Source: Asterionella formosa (lineage: Eukaryota). Taken from it: DNA of 45,224 nt. The notes under the pieces were generated by a model. It made no database searches and was not told where the DNA came from. It saw nothing but the letters and a program-made list of their open reading frames with translations. Below, one piece after another: positions 12,901 through 24,591 of the stretch; positions within the stretch are counted from its first letter, which is position 1, and every line of letters starts with the position of its first letter. The translations under genes were made by a program, and so were the position numbers. The stretch is from the NCBI GenBank assembly GCA_002256025.1, contig NKIB01014299.1, positions 1-45,224 of the forward strand. The letters are read 5' to 3'.

Positions 12901-15900
12901 AATTCACGTGTCCAATCTGGCTTCCGGTTCCAACAACTCATCCGTTTGTATCTGATTGGTGATGAATATACTGAACCATCATACCATCCACAGCAGAATA
13001 TGGCTGAGTTACAGGCAGTTAAATGGTTGAAGCAACACACCCAATTGGTACTAGATCGAATAGGGGCACCTCCTACTATGCTTTGGTTGCTAGCTAGCAT
13101 CACAGTACCTTGCTGCTTTGTTACACAACCATAGTGCTGATGAGACCCTCAATTGGGCGATCCCCCTCACACTACGCCACGTTGACACCCCTGATATCTC
13201 AAAATTCTTACACTTCCAGTTTCATGAGAAAGTGTATTACTTAGACTACCAAGAGGTATATCCAGACACTAAAGAAAAGCCCGGGTACTGGGTTGGAATT
13301 GCAGACAATGTGGGGGACATCCTGACCTAAAAAATCATCACTGACCATACACAACAAGTGCTACACCGCAGTGTTGTCCAGCCATGTGACCCGGCCCACC
13401 CCAATCACCGCATACAGTTTAATCCCATGATCGACCCTAAGGTAGCCAACACAACTCCTCTTGCCCCCTTACCTGCTTTACAGTTCTACTACACTCCCAC
13501 CCGTGTCGAAACCACCATTTCACGCCATCGCAAAAGGGCACCTGGCGTTACAATACCGACTTTGAGGGGAGCAATAACACGTGCGAGTCGAATACACACA
13601 GTACAAGAGACAGGGGAGGTTAGAGAACAAGGGACAGGGGAGGAGGTAGTACATACAGAACAAAAGGTAGGAGCAGAACAATAGATACCAAAAGTAAGCT
13701 ACACATGAGAGTCCAGTACACACAGTACAAGAGACAGGTGAGATTAGATAACAGGAGACAGGGGAGGTGGCACATGTGGAACAAGAGATACCAAAAATTA
13801 GGAAGTCAATTAGGAAATGCACGCCTAATCCTCATTATATTATGACGGCTGTGAATCGCCACCCACAGGATGACAAAGAAGAAATAAACAAGATGAGTAT
13901 TTTTAGCAGCTGCGAAGGTGACATCTCCGGAAAAATAACTACACAAGGTGAGGTTTGCAATGAAAAACAACAAGAAAAACAAGTACTACATGACAGAAAA
14001 AATATCAAACAGTTACAAGAATATCACCGAAACATTGACAAACTGGTGGCGACACAAGAGTATGATGATTACATGTGGACACCCTTAAAAGTACTAACCA
14101 CAGATCCAAGAAGCATGATCCTACAGGCAACTGAGTACCAATAAATATACAATGGATGCATGAATGGAGACACTGGATGGTTTACAATGGAATCGATGAG
14201 GTTACAGGACCCTTTGGTGTTGATAAAATATGCAATACAAAAACGGTTATGCCATCTAGATGAATGGGTATGGGTGGAGGAATACCTTGAACCCAACACA
14301 AGCTTGCATGCAATAATGCAAATCATGAAAGCAACTCGTGATGAACCAATATGTAAGTTTGGAGTGGAAGTCCCTTCATCGGTAAAACATGCATTACATC
14401 TAGATGAGATGAATCGTGATAACTTATGGAGCACCGCCAAAGACATGGAATTGAAACAGACCAATGAATACCATACGTTTCGAGAGGTGTCAGAACATGA
14501 ATTACCAGCAGGGTACAAACGAATCCCATACCAGATAATATTCGATGTCAAATTTGATCTAAGGAGGAAAGCAAGACTAGTTACAGGAGGACATCAAACC
14601 GATCCACCCAAAGAAGACATATACTCAGGAGTTGTTGGGATGGACACTGTGCGTATGGGATTCCTACTAATTGCTGCCATAAACCACCTAGACATTTGTG
14701 CTGCTGTGATTGGGAATGCCTTCATATATGGAAAAACAAGGGAGAAGATGTACATCGTTGCAGGACAAGAATTCCAAAATCCTGGCGCAAGCCTCATGGC
14801 TATATGGTTTACGTAGTAGCTGAGCAAGATTCCATGAACATTTATCAGCCAAACTTGTTATCATGGGGTATCGACCATCATTTGCAGATACTGACTTATG
14901 GATCAAAGACTGTGGAGATCATTACGAATACATCGCTATATATGTGGATGATATTTTGGCGTTTTCCAAAGGTCTACTAGCGGTTATCAAGGAAATCCAA
15001 AAAGATTGCACATTAAAGGGAATAGGAGCACCAGAGTATTACTTGGGTGGGAATATTGAGTTTTAAGTGATGCATGGAACAAGAATGGCATAAAATACGC
15101 AATGTCTGCCAGAACCTATATTAACAACATGATTGAAAAAACGGAGAAAATGTTTGGATATGAAATCAAAACCTTCAAAACACCAATGCATGACTCTTAT
15201 CATCCCGAGCTCGATGATACACCATTGGTCGATGCTAGAGAAGCTTCAAAATATCGAGGGATGGTTGGAAGTTGTAATTGGGTGATAACATTGGGAAGAT
15301 TTGACATTAATTATGCCACCCAGGTAATGTCACAATAATCTATGGCACCATGCGAAGGACATCACATTGCCATGCAATGAATCTTAGGATATTTGAGAAA
15401 ATTCCCTAACGGACACATAACATTGGACCCCAACGATGTTGATTGGAGTGAATTTGACAATGCAACCAATGAAGATTGGAGCGAGTTATATCCTGACGCA
15501 GCAGAAGAATAATTAACCCCAAATATGCCCCCACCACGAGGAAGAACTGCACGGGTTGCATGTTACGTGGATGCAGATCATGCACATGATCCGGTCACTA
15601 GGAGATCCATCACTGGGATACTCATCTTTTTCAATAACACGCTCATCAAATGGCTTTCAAGACGACAGAAGACGGTGGAATTGTCCACATATGGTTCTGA
15701 ACTAGCTACTAGTGGCGGCTAGAATTGCAACTGAACTGAGTATCGAAGTTCGATAATACCTACGAATGCTTGGATTGAAGATGATGGACCAGCTTGGATG
15801 TTAGGTGACAACCAAAGTGTTATTTTGAACACCGAAATTCCCTCAAGTGGACCTAAAAAGAAACATAATGTCATAGCATCATACCATTGTGTGATGGAGG

Positions 15901-16031
15901 CCATAGCAGGCAGGATTATAAAGTTCAACCACATCAAGAGTGAACACAATTATGCTGATGTATTAACAAAACCATTACCTTGCGCAAAATTTCACCCCTT
16001 GATAAAGGAATTATTGTTTCGGAACCCATAA
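9990..16031 (+). pseudogene. gag-pol pseudogene of the copia element, many frameshifts and stops
   Basis: More than a dozen consecutive + strand ORF fragments carry successive gag, PR, IN, RT and RH motifs. The 5' boundary is approximate. Confidence 0.9.
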
Positions 16032-16333
16032 CATTCATGCAGCCCAATGCGTTCAAGGGGCAACCATCAGGTTACATTATATTCAGCACCGCAATTTAAG
16101 TACCAAAAGAAACAGTCTATTATATATCAGCAATCAAAGTACTCCCAAGTATGTACCGACTACCAACATTTCATGGCATAAATACAACAACATACTTGAG
16201 TATGATGCTATGACAGTATTCATGTAAAGGTCGTTGGATGCCGCACAGAAACAACGCATTAGAAGACAAGATCAAAGTCCATCAAAAACAATGGATCATC
16301 CCACACACCTGAAAATCTCACGGATAATGGCAT

Positions 16334-16342
16334 GAAGGGGAG
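16334..16342 (+). promoter_or_regulatory. Polypurine tract
   Basis: GAAGGGGAG immediately 5' of the 3' LTR. Confidence 0.85.
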
Positions 16343-16614
16343 TATTAGGGGTTTACTATTATATAGAAGAAAATCAGAACAGCTGGATATGTTCCGATCT
16401 TGAGAATTTGAGAAAAAGGAATATGTATGTTTGCATACCACGTCAATTCGGGGATTCCGCATGCACTATTTACGTATGGGATCAGTATCACCCTACAGGA
16501 AGAGAGGAATGGATTGACCATTGGAGATCATTTCCATTTTTCACAGTTTATATCATAATTTTAATTTTCGTTTTACATTTTAACCTTTATTATCCGGTAT
16601 TGCCACTGAGAATA
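16343..16614 (+). repeat. 3' LTR (272 bp)
   Basis: Direct repeat of 9204-9451, bounded by TATT...AATA. Confidence 0.92.
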
Positions 16615-17070
16615 ATTTATTGGAGTTACGATTGAAGTGGTGAATGAAGAAATCAATCAAGCGAAGCATCGAAAACAGTGAGAGAAAAATTTGTGCAACA
16701 AGTGATGAAAACGAACAATGGTTAGAAGATGCAGGATACAGGCGCTACTAGTCATATTCCTAAAATTACTATGTGCAGTAAGTATATGACAAATGTGAAA
16801 AAATTCAATTCACGCATTGTCGGAAGCGATAGTAAAGGAGTCATTTGCAAGGAACATGGAGATGCCTGGCTGCATGCAAAGCAAAGTGACCAATGAGACA
16901 CTCTTACTTAAAAATGTTCTAGATACACCTACCTTTCATAAAAATATTATCAGCATTTGTACTTTGGTATGTGATAGTAAATATGATCTTAGTATGGCGC
17001 ACAACGAAATGACTTTGACAAAAATGGGAAAAACTGAGACGCTAGATTTCAGACGTGATCATTTGGATGT
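16615..17070 (+). mobile_element. Remnant of a second, different copia family (protease region)
   Basis: DTGATSHI at 16735-16758, followed by LLLKNVLDTPTFHKNIISI (copia L-NVLYVP----NLIS pattern). Confidence 0.65.
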
Positions 17071-17986
17071 TTTGCACTATACTCTAGAAAGACTTATATT
17101 TAGAATTGGCTGCTATCACTTCACCAATTTTCAGTCTAATCTTAATATTTTTAGTGATTCCTCGCACTACCTAGTGTCTATTGTTAATGTAGAATGAATA
17201 AATAAACATTGTCATCACAATGCAACAATTTTCGATGTCTACATTGATTCTTAAATTAAACACTTAATTTTGACATCAATTGTATGTATACCTCAATCAC
17301 TATTCCAAGCATATTTTACGTAGCTGTATGTATCTTTCTATTAACTGCTGCAAGAAAGGAATGAATACATTGAAAAGAAGGGTTGCAAGGATAATATGTC
17401 AATCTGGCATGATTGACAAATTTTTGTTGAATACAAAATTTGACCACAATGTTGTTTTGCATAACGGATATTTAAGTGCAGCAACCTTAAAAGTCCCTTC
17501 ACAGTAAAAGCAATACTTTTTTGAACCAACAAGCCTATCAATTTGCATTTGCAAATCAATTGCAGACAATGGCCTATAATTATTCTTCTTTGTTTTTGAG
17601 AATAAACTGTTGGACTCTCACTTTGAGCTCAAAGAATAAATATGTTTGCAGGATACTCCCTGGGTCAGGACGAAGTATATACAACAAGTATACAGCAAAG
17701 GCTCTTATTTTGAGAATATTTTGCCTGACACAATTCATACATATTCAAGTCGGCTGAGAGCAATGATTACCAAGATGGATCTTGTAATGGAATAGCAGCT
17801 ATCTTGATCTCAGAGAAGGAGGAGTTCACTTCATCATAAATGACGCGTGTTGATATGGCACACTCGTAAGTTAGCATTGCCCTAGCATTTCCCAATGCAT
17901 GACTCCATCCCCACAAATGAGGTGACCAAGAGCAAAACGAGAGTTGTGCCTCCTTCTACTAGTGTGTAATCGGAAATTTAGTTGAT

Positions 17987-19488
17987 CTATTCTTCGACAT
18001 ATAAAGATGCGCCAAATGATTTCATCTCTTGCAATTGTTGCGTCAGGTTTTGCATCAAATCTCCTTGCTGCTGCGACATGGCTGATTGCCCTATGAAATC
18101 CAACTTTGTTTGTGCGGCAAATGTTTGGGCCAAAGATGTGACAGCTGCATCATCTGCCTCTCCCATATCAACGGCGAACGGCATATCATCCTCGTCGAAA
18201 ATATCATGAGTTGGTGCAGTGGGAAGAATGTACACCGACGAGCCCCGCATAAAGTCAGACTCCCCAAAAGTGGACATACTTCCTCCGATCCCAGACTTGA
18301 ACGGAGAGCTATGAAGCATTTCAAGAGACGTCATTGGAGGTGCTTGTGAGAATTGAGATTGATGGAAGCTGGTGGTTGGCGCCTCTTGTAAGGCAATTGG
18401 AAACGCTTGAAAAGGGGGAGCCACCCCTGTATTACGTGGTGGGAGCAAGTTTTTTGAATAGCTACCATTTTGTAAATGGCAAAAGGCAGGCGGTGTTGAA
18501 CCCAATGGCGTTCCCGGGCTGGTTGATAATGAAGCAGGTATACCGGTAACGGCAGCTGTGGTGTTTGTGTTGTAGGCATAACCATAGGACTCCAGAGGGG
18601 GTGGATCGTGAAGAACGGCCCGTCGGTCGTCACGCATGGACAACGAGCGTTCCAAAGGAGGCGGCGTATGACGTCGATCTACCCCAGAATGAGCTGTCCT
18701 TAGAACCGGTCTATTAGGATGCGATGAGGAAACGATGTGCGGCTGCTTGAAATTGTATTGCGAAGGAGCGGACTTGGTAATATCTTGTGGCACCGTAGAG
18801 CCGCAAGGAGCAGCAGCTATTGGGATAGGCATCGCTTTACGTCTCGAAAATTCCGGTAAAAAGCGCTGTATCGTCGGCATGTACCATACGCTTGCTGCCA
18901 TGGGTCCGTATGGAGTTGGTACTGGGGGCAGATCCTTCATATCAAATTGGAAGACTTCCTGACATGCATGTGTAATCTCAAGGCTGTATTTCAGTTCCGT
19001 GGTTTCGTGTAGTCTCTGGCAAGGCAATAGCCGGGTCAGACAATATAAGCTTCTCAGAAAGAAAACTACTTTCTTGCAAACATGGCGGAGCTGGACGAGG
19101 GGGTCCGTGTGAGGGCATTCCTCGGCAAAATTCGTCTGATATCCGGGGTGGAAGGACAGCGACCACTGCTCCAGTAACTCGTTGCCGCAGTAAATACTGA
19201 GCTGTAGAGGCAAATGAAGAGATTGTTTCCATGGAATCATTAAAGCACTTTTGTGATGGATCGATAGAGTGAGCAAACTATAAACCTCAATCGGTGGCAT
19301 CATAATCCTTGTCGCAGAACTTACCGCAAATCTTCCTGCTCTGGAATCTGGAGGTTGAAACGACCGCTGCTAGCGTTCTTTGCCTTGTTGATCAAACACC
19401 TGGACTGCACAATGATCTCTGCTGCCTTGACAAGAGCTTCAAAGACCACTTGATCGCATTTTGCGCGAGGCCCGTTGCTATTCATCAT
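17987..19488 (-). CDS. ATG13: Autophagy-related protein 13, 2 exons (19488-19325, 19247-17987), about 474 aa
   Basis: N-terminal HORMA-type motifs KCDQVV..KAAEIIVQSR, RFNL, LLEQW, KKVVFFLRSLYCLTRLLP; long S/P-rich disordered tail with DDMPFAVD. The 77-nt intron 19324-19248 (GTAAGT..CTCAC..AAAG) joins the frames. Confidence 0.85.
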
Positions 19489-20278
19489 CGTGAATGGTTT
19501 ATTGCGTCTGGTAAGTTTTCGTGTGTTCAATAATTCTGCTTGTTCTGATTGCTCGTTGAGAAATATTTTAGCTCCTATGTATGTATAGTACCGGTACCAC
19601 GTTCCATTGACGATGGTGTGTCCATCCCCTTTCTTGGTGTTTTATCCACCTGCTACATTATCGTCAGGGGACGAGACATTGCTCATCTTTTCACTCCTCA
19701 GCGGAAGCGGTCAAACTTCCTTACCTGGGTTTGTGATAAATAGGTGTTGTTTCCTCTTCCGGTACCTGGTACCTGGTACTGTACCAGGTACAGTATGTAC
19801 TGCAAACTCCTACAAAATGTACTGTGTGGGATTGATTGATCAAATATCAATCGCGGAGAGCTCGAGGCATTGAATTGCCTCCCGCCACAACACAGGGGTT
19901 AATGCTTTGACTATGCCGTACTTATGATTGGGGATGAACGTTCACCTCCGCCAATCTAAATTTCTTAGTGAAAATCACAGTTACAGTGTCTCTCATTTTA
20001 GTCTACCGATGTTATTACCAATGTAGTCATATGTGGAGCAAGTTTGAAGCATAGACCTTCTGTTGTAGTTAAACTAAATTGTAGCTATTCAAAAGCAATA
20101 GACAACCACTTGCTTCCTGCTGTTACGCTTGGACGTTGATAGTCTCGAGGCTCATGATAAATACATACTCAAGGCAAGAGAAGCATTCCAATACGAGATA
20201 TCCGTGACGCTCTGGACTTTCATTGATTTCCATCAAGCAGCCTAAGTCACTGATGTTTTTTCGCCTCAGTTGTCTCTC

Positions 20279-21215
20279 CTATTCATCGTTAAGAATGTTC
20301 AGACTTTGTTGCAGTTGCTGTGTGTACTGATTCAAGGCAGCGACAATGGCTTCGTCTTCAACTTGACGTTCAGTGATTTCGCGTTCAAGATCACCTTGGA
20401 GCCCACTCAATTCTGCTTGAATCTGAGCTTCCCAACCCAGTTGCTGTTCTTGAAGAAGAGATGTTTGGCTGGACAGTGTACCGGTAAGCTTCGAAATCTC
20501 GGAAATCCGCAATTCCTGTTCTTCTTTGTAGAGTTGTTCAAGTTCTTTGGCGTGGGTTTCCACCTGCTGCAAGAGACGGCCTTCGCGGATCAATCGAGAT
20601 TTCTTCTCTTGTTCCATATCTCTCTGCACTTGAACAAGAGATTCTTGAAAAGCGGCGCTCTGGATATCAACCTGTTGCTTGTGATACTCGTAATCTTTGT
20701 CGATGCTTTCCTCCAAGGAAGTGAGACGTTCTTCGACATCGGCCAATTTCGTCGACAATTTTGAATTCATTGTTTCCATCCTCGCAACTAATCGCTCCTC
20801 CATATCCGCTATATGTTGCTTAGTTCGCTCTTCCAAGGAATGAGTAGCGTTCAATCTGCGTTTGACTTCTGCAGTTAGCGCTTGTTCAAGTTTCTGGATT
20901 TTCATTCGGAGTTCGGCAACCGAGTATTCTTCGCGTTCTTTACGAATCTGATAAGCAAATGTAAAAGAGCAGGAATAGTTGAATCATATTGACATTTCGT
21001 ATTTTCGAGATTGGAGAAGTGATGAAAATATGAGCCATTTGCATAGGAATAGCAAACGTTGAGTCGCGAAACATTTCTTCGCGTTCTTTTCAACTCACTC
21101 TTGTTCGCTCTTTCATGAGTTCTTCAAAGGTACTGCCGTCCATTTCGGGGGATCCCAGAGCCAAGAGCTCTGTAGACTTGGCTTCTTCCTGGTTTACGAG
21201 AGTCGGCATGGTCAT
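20279..21215 (-). CDS. SF-assemblin/beta-giardin-like coiled-coil protein, 2 exons (21215-21099, 20947-20279), about 261 aa, copy 1
   Basis: Continuous coiled coil with AEVKRR and C-terminal ERQVEDEAIVAALNQYTQQLQQSL typical of SF-assemblins. Phase-0 151-nt intron (GTGAGT..TCAG). Confidence 0.75.
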
Positions 21216-22142
21216 CAGCGATGAATCAACATCAATAGTATGATTGTGCAATACATACACAATTACCGGTTAATTACCCTGTCTGTTTTGCATAGCTAAA
21301 CAATTTGTTGGTTCGATTCTGCAAATGTACTTATATGTATTATCATAAATTCCGAAAATAACGACAAATAATCAAACATTATGGAATTTGATTTAGCTTG
21401 GAATTTCTTCCTTGTTTCTGATGCAAGATTGTTGTTTGCTCCCATTTATCAGACCGGTAGTACTTCACAATTTTATTTGTTTACAAGATTTAATCTAAGA
21501 ACTATGTACTTAAAATTGCACTTGTCCCCACATCAGACACCTCGTGAATTGGATCATTTTTCTTCTGTACCTGAGGTCATCCTCCTTGACTTCTTTGCCA
21601 TAATGGAGCTTTGCTTCTGGAGATGTATGCATTTGAAACCATGTATTCTTGGAAGCAAGATCCACCAATTCTACTAACAGTCTTTTCCAAGAAATTTTGT
21701 GACACTTTATGCATAAATCAACCAGAAGTAAAAAAATGCCCATCTACATTTCATAGCTACTACCTTCTGTTAATCCTGCATATTTCTCGCCTTATATATC
21801 CATATTCACTTTTGCAGCAGTCATTTCTATTTCTCCAATCATACCCCTTCAGTTTTTCCATAGAAAACTTCATTTAGCTAGTGCGTAGTGCAATCCATCT
21901 ATTTAAACCCATTGCGCATGATGCCCTCCATTGCTCTTCATATGATTACTGTTTACTCTCAAATAAAATTTTGGAGTGCTGGTGGGTTGTGACGTTATCA
22001 CTAGTGCTGTTGTAATGGAATGGATTGAGCTTGCTTCTAAAAGAGGTTCATCAAGGATCCAAAAAGTATGACAAATAGATGTCACTTGTGGATGATGATA
22101 ATGATGATGATAAGCCAAAGATATGTACACAGAATGATGAAT

Positions 22143-22444
22143 CATAATTCGACAATGGGTATATATTTTTTAGAGTTGTGCTCTACAGAATTAAGTGGAA
22201 TTGGAGTAAGGAAACACATGCTGGACATGGAGAAAATATAGCTATCGAAAGCCCACCTGATCATATTATTTCAATGATAAGCTAAAGATATTTACAAAAA
22301 AGATGAACCATGCATAATTCGACAATGAGTATATCCTTTTAGGCATGTGCTCTGCGGAAGATAGTGGAATTGGAGTAAGGAAACTCATTCTGGACATTGA
22401 GAAAATATAGCTATCGAAAGCCCACCTGATCATATTATTTCAAT
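22143..22444. repeat. Two diverged direct repeats (about 133-bp unit, period about 170 bp); duplicated at 30090-30391
   Basis: CATAATTCGACAATG...AGTGGAATTGGAGTAAGGAAAC...GAGAAAATATAGCTATCGAAAGCCCACCTGATCATATTATTTCAAT occurs at 22143 and 22313. Confidence 0.9.
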
Positions 22445-24591
22445 TTATCATCAAATAGGCCCTACATATAATAATTATTGTCATAAATTAAATAGAAACC
22501 ATTTCGACTAAGCATATTAAAACTTTCATGTATTGTTTCTATTGCGATCCTTAATTTTTATTTTTCCTCTTAGGATAATGTCACAGTAAAAGCAATGGGT
22601 TATTGTTGCATCATCATCACTCACTCCATTTGCAACAGAGAAATAGCGACGACATAGGAAAGACGAATTGTCTGATAAAATCTTCACTTGTTTTTCAATT
22701 TCATCATGATGTGGTTGTTTTCTCATTTTATACAGTGTATAGTATGTTTGTAATCGTTCCGTGATGATTCCATAGAGAAATCATGTGAAAAACAAATGGT
22801 TCAGTACACAACAGCAACCGCCAAATTAAGTTATGGCGCCAACGGAAACACCTCCAATAGTGGTGAAAAAGCAGAACATGCACACGAGCATAAATATAAT
22901 TCAAGAAATTGAAAATTTTGCAAATGGCAAGTTAGCTGTGATATTCGTGCTACTAGCTGGTAAATTTTTGTATCAGAAGAACTTTTCAGTCTGAAAAATG
23001 CTTTTATTTCTACATATAGAGTGGTACAGCTGGTAGCACTCCTAGTACTACTAGAAGTCTCCTTTTAAGCAAAATGCTTTTCTTGCTTCCACTCACAGAC
23101 GCACTACAACAACAGCAACAATCATGGATGTAGTCAACAAGCAATGATGATGACTTACTCCAATTCTATGGTAAAGTTCTCTTCAAATCAATTTGAGGAC
23201 GTTCAAGACACATTCCTTCATTTGGGTATCAGTATATGTTTCAATTTGATTCAAGCATTGCAGTCATCGGTCTTAGCAATACAGAGATAGACAACAGCAC
23301 AATCAAGACCCCATTGCAAAACCCCTCAAAAAATCGACACCACCCAATGGTTTTTTCAAACAGTTTGTTTGGATGTGAACGACTATGACAATGGTTCATT
23401 CCTTGATAATTTAGTGGACCATGCTGCCGCAATTTACATTCCGATAATCCAGCACCAGGGAGAGGGAGTAGACGCTTTAGTAAATCTTACCGTATCTCAA
23501 CTCTGTTCTGAAGATCCAGGTATAGCCTATAAACAAATTGGTGTCATAAACATAGACATACTAAGCGTTTTACTAGGTAGTAGGTCACCATTTGTCTCTT
23601 CCCAAATGGCAGATATGACAATTATAGAACCAATTCCTCAACAATGAAACACATTTCTCAAAGGTATATTTGACCACCACCTGGATATGGAAGATCAAAA
23701 GCCTTTTGTCAAACCAGTCACCCGCCCTCCACTGTTGTGGGTGAAAGTGTTGATGTTGTTTGTTTTGATTTTCTTGTTGTAATCAAGAGTTTACTTCCCA
23801 ATCCAGCCCAGATTAATACATTCCAAAAAACAATGACATTCATTTGGTTTTCCTTATCCCTGCAAATGTCCATAGCAAAACAATGTCTGCTCAGAATTCC
23901 ATACTGGCAGTTGGTGGATTGATGCTCACAACTGTCTATGTATTCATTCCAATGATTTTCTCATCCCTCTCATGTTTTTCATAGGTATAACACAAACTGT
24001 GGTGGAAAACTCAAAATTCACCATGGGGTCTGTTTTATTTTCTCCTGAGATTTTTTGTACAACTGTAAGGAGCAAAGGTTTTGCTTGGCGCCCTCTGACT
24101 TTATACCAAAACTTGATGGTCAGTGTCTTGCCAGCCTTGTAATAATATCAGACTCACAAGCCGTTGTATGGTATTCACCATCAGTGATGAAGTCGACACT
24201 GTCTACACCAAATACTGGCACATCTGTCGGTATGTATGCCGGTAGGTAGAATTACCACTGCCTGAGCCGATGTGCAGGATTGTCAGGATTGCATTATCAA
24301 CTCCCCCAAACTTTACTGGCGGTAAAAAAATCTACGTTCTAATCATAAGCTGCGCATACATACATCGCGACAAAATACTCATGTCGTATCATGCATACTG
24401 GTTCATACGGTTAATGTAATATTGATCATAGTAAGAATAAATTGGGATGAATATATAACGGTTATCTACATCATACACTCTCTTCAATTAAAATTCAAAC
24501 GTCGGTTTTCGCGAACAGTGTCGTATTTTGATGTGACTATCCTCGGCAGCCAGTAGTGGGTTGATGAGGCCAACACAACTTGTTGACCATC

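Larger units (their letters stand above)
9204..16614 (+). mobile_element. Full-length degenerate Ty1/copia LTR retrotransposon (diatom CoDi-like), about 7.4 kb
   Basis: Two direct LTRs; polypurine tract before the 3' LTR; gag-like fragments, then protease (D-DGADTC, 11844), integrase (VATDTFF, HPQQN), RT (FDVKFDLRRKARLV, YVDD at 14941) and RNase H (YVDADHAHD, GDNQSV, ADVLTK), in copia order. Confidence 0.95.

Noticed and set aside
21500..21960. piggyBac-like transposase C-terminal remnant on the minus strand
   Set aside because: Only a vague resemblance (GIFLLLVDLCI), with many stops; cannot be supported without a profile search.
22143..22444. Repeat-spacer-repeat pattern as a CRISPR array
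   Set aside because: Only two diverged units of about 133 bp, eukaryotic context and no cas-like ORFs.
23100..24260. Decayed coding-like sequence upstream of the kinase
   Set aside because: Short broken ORFs with no motif I recognise.
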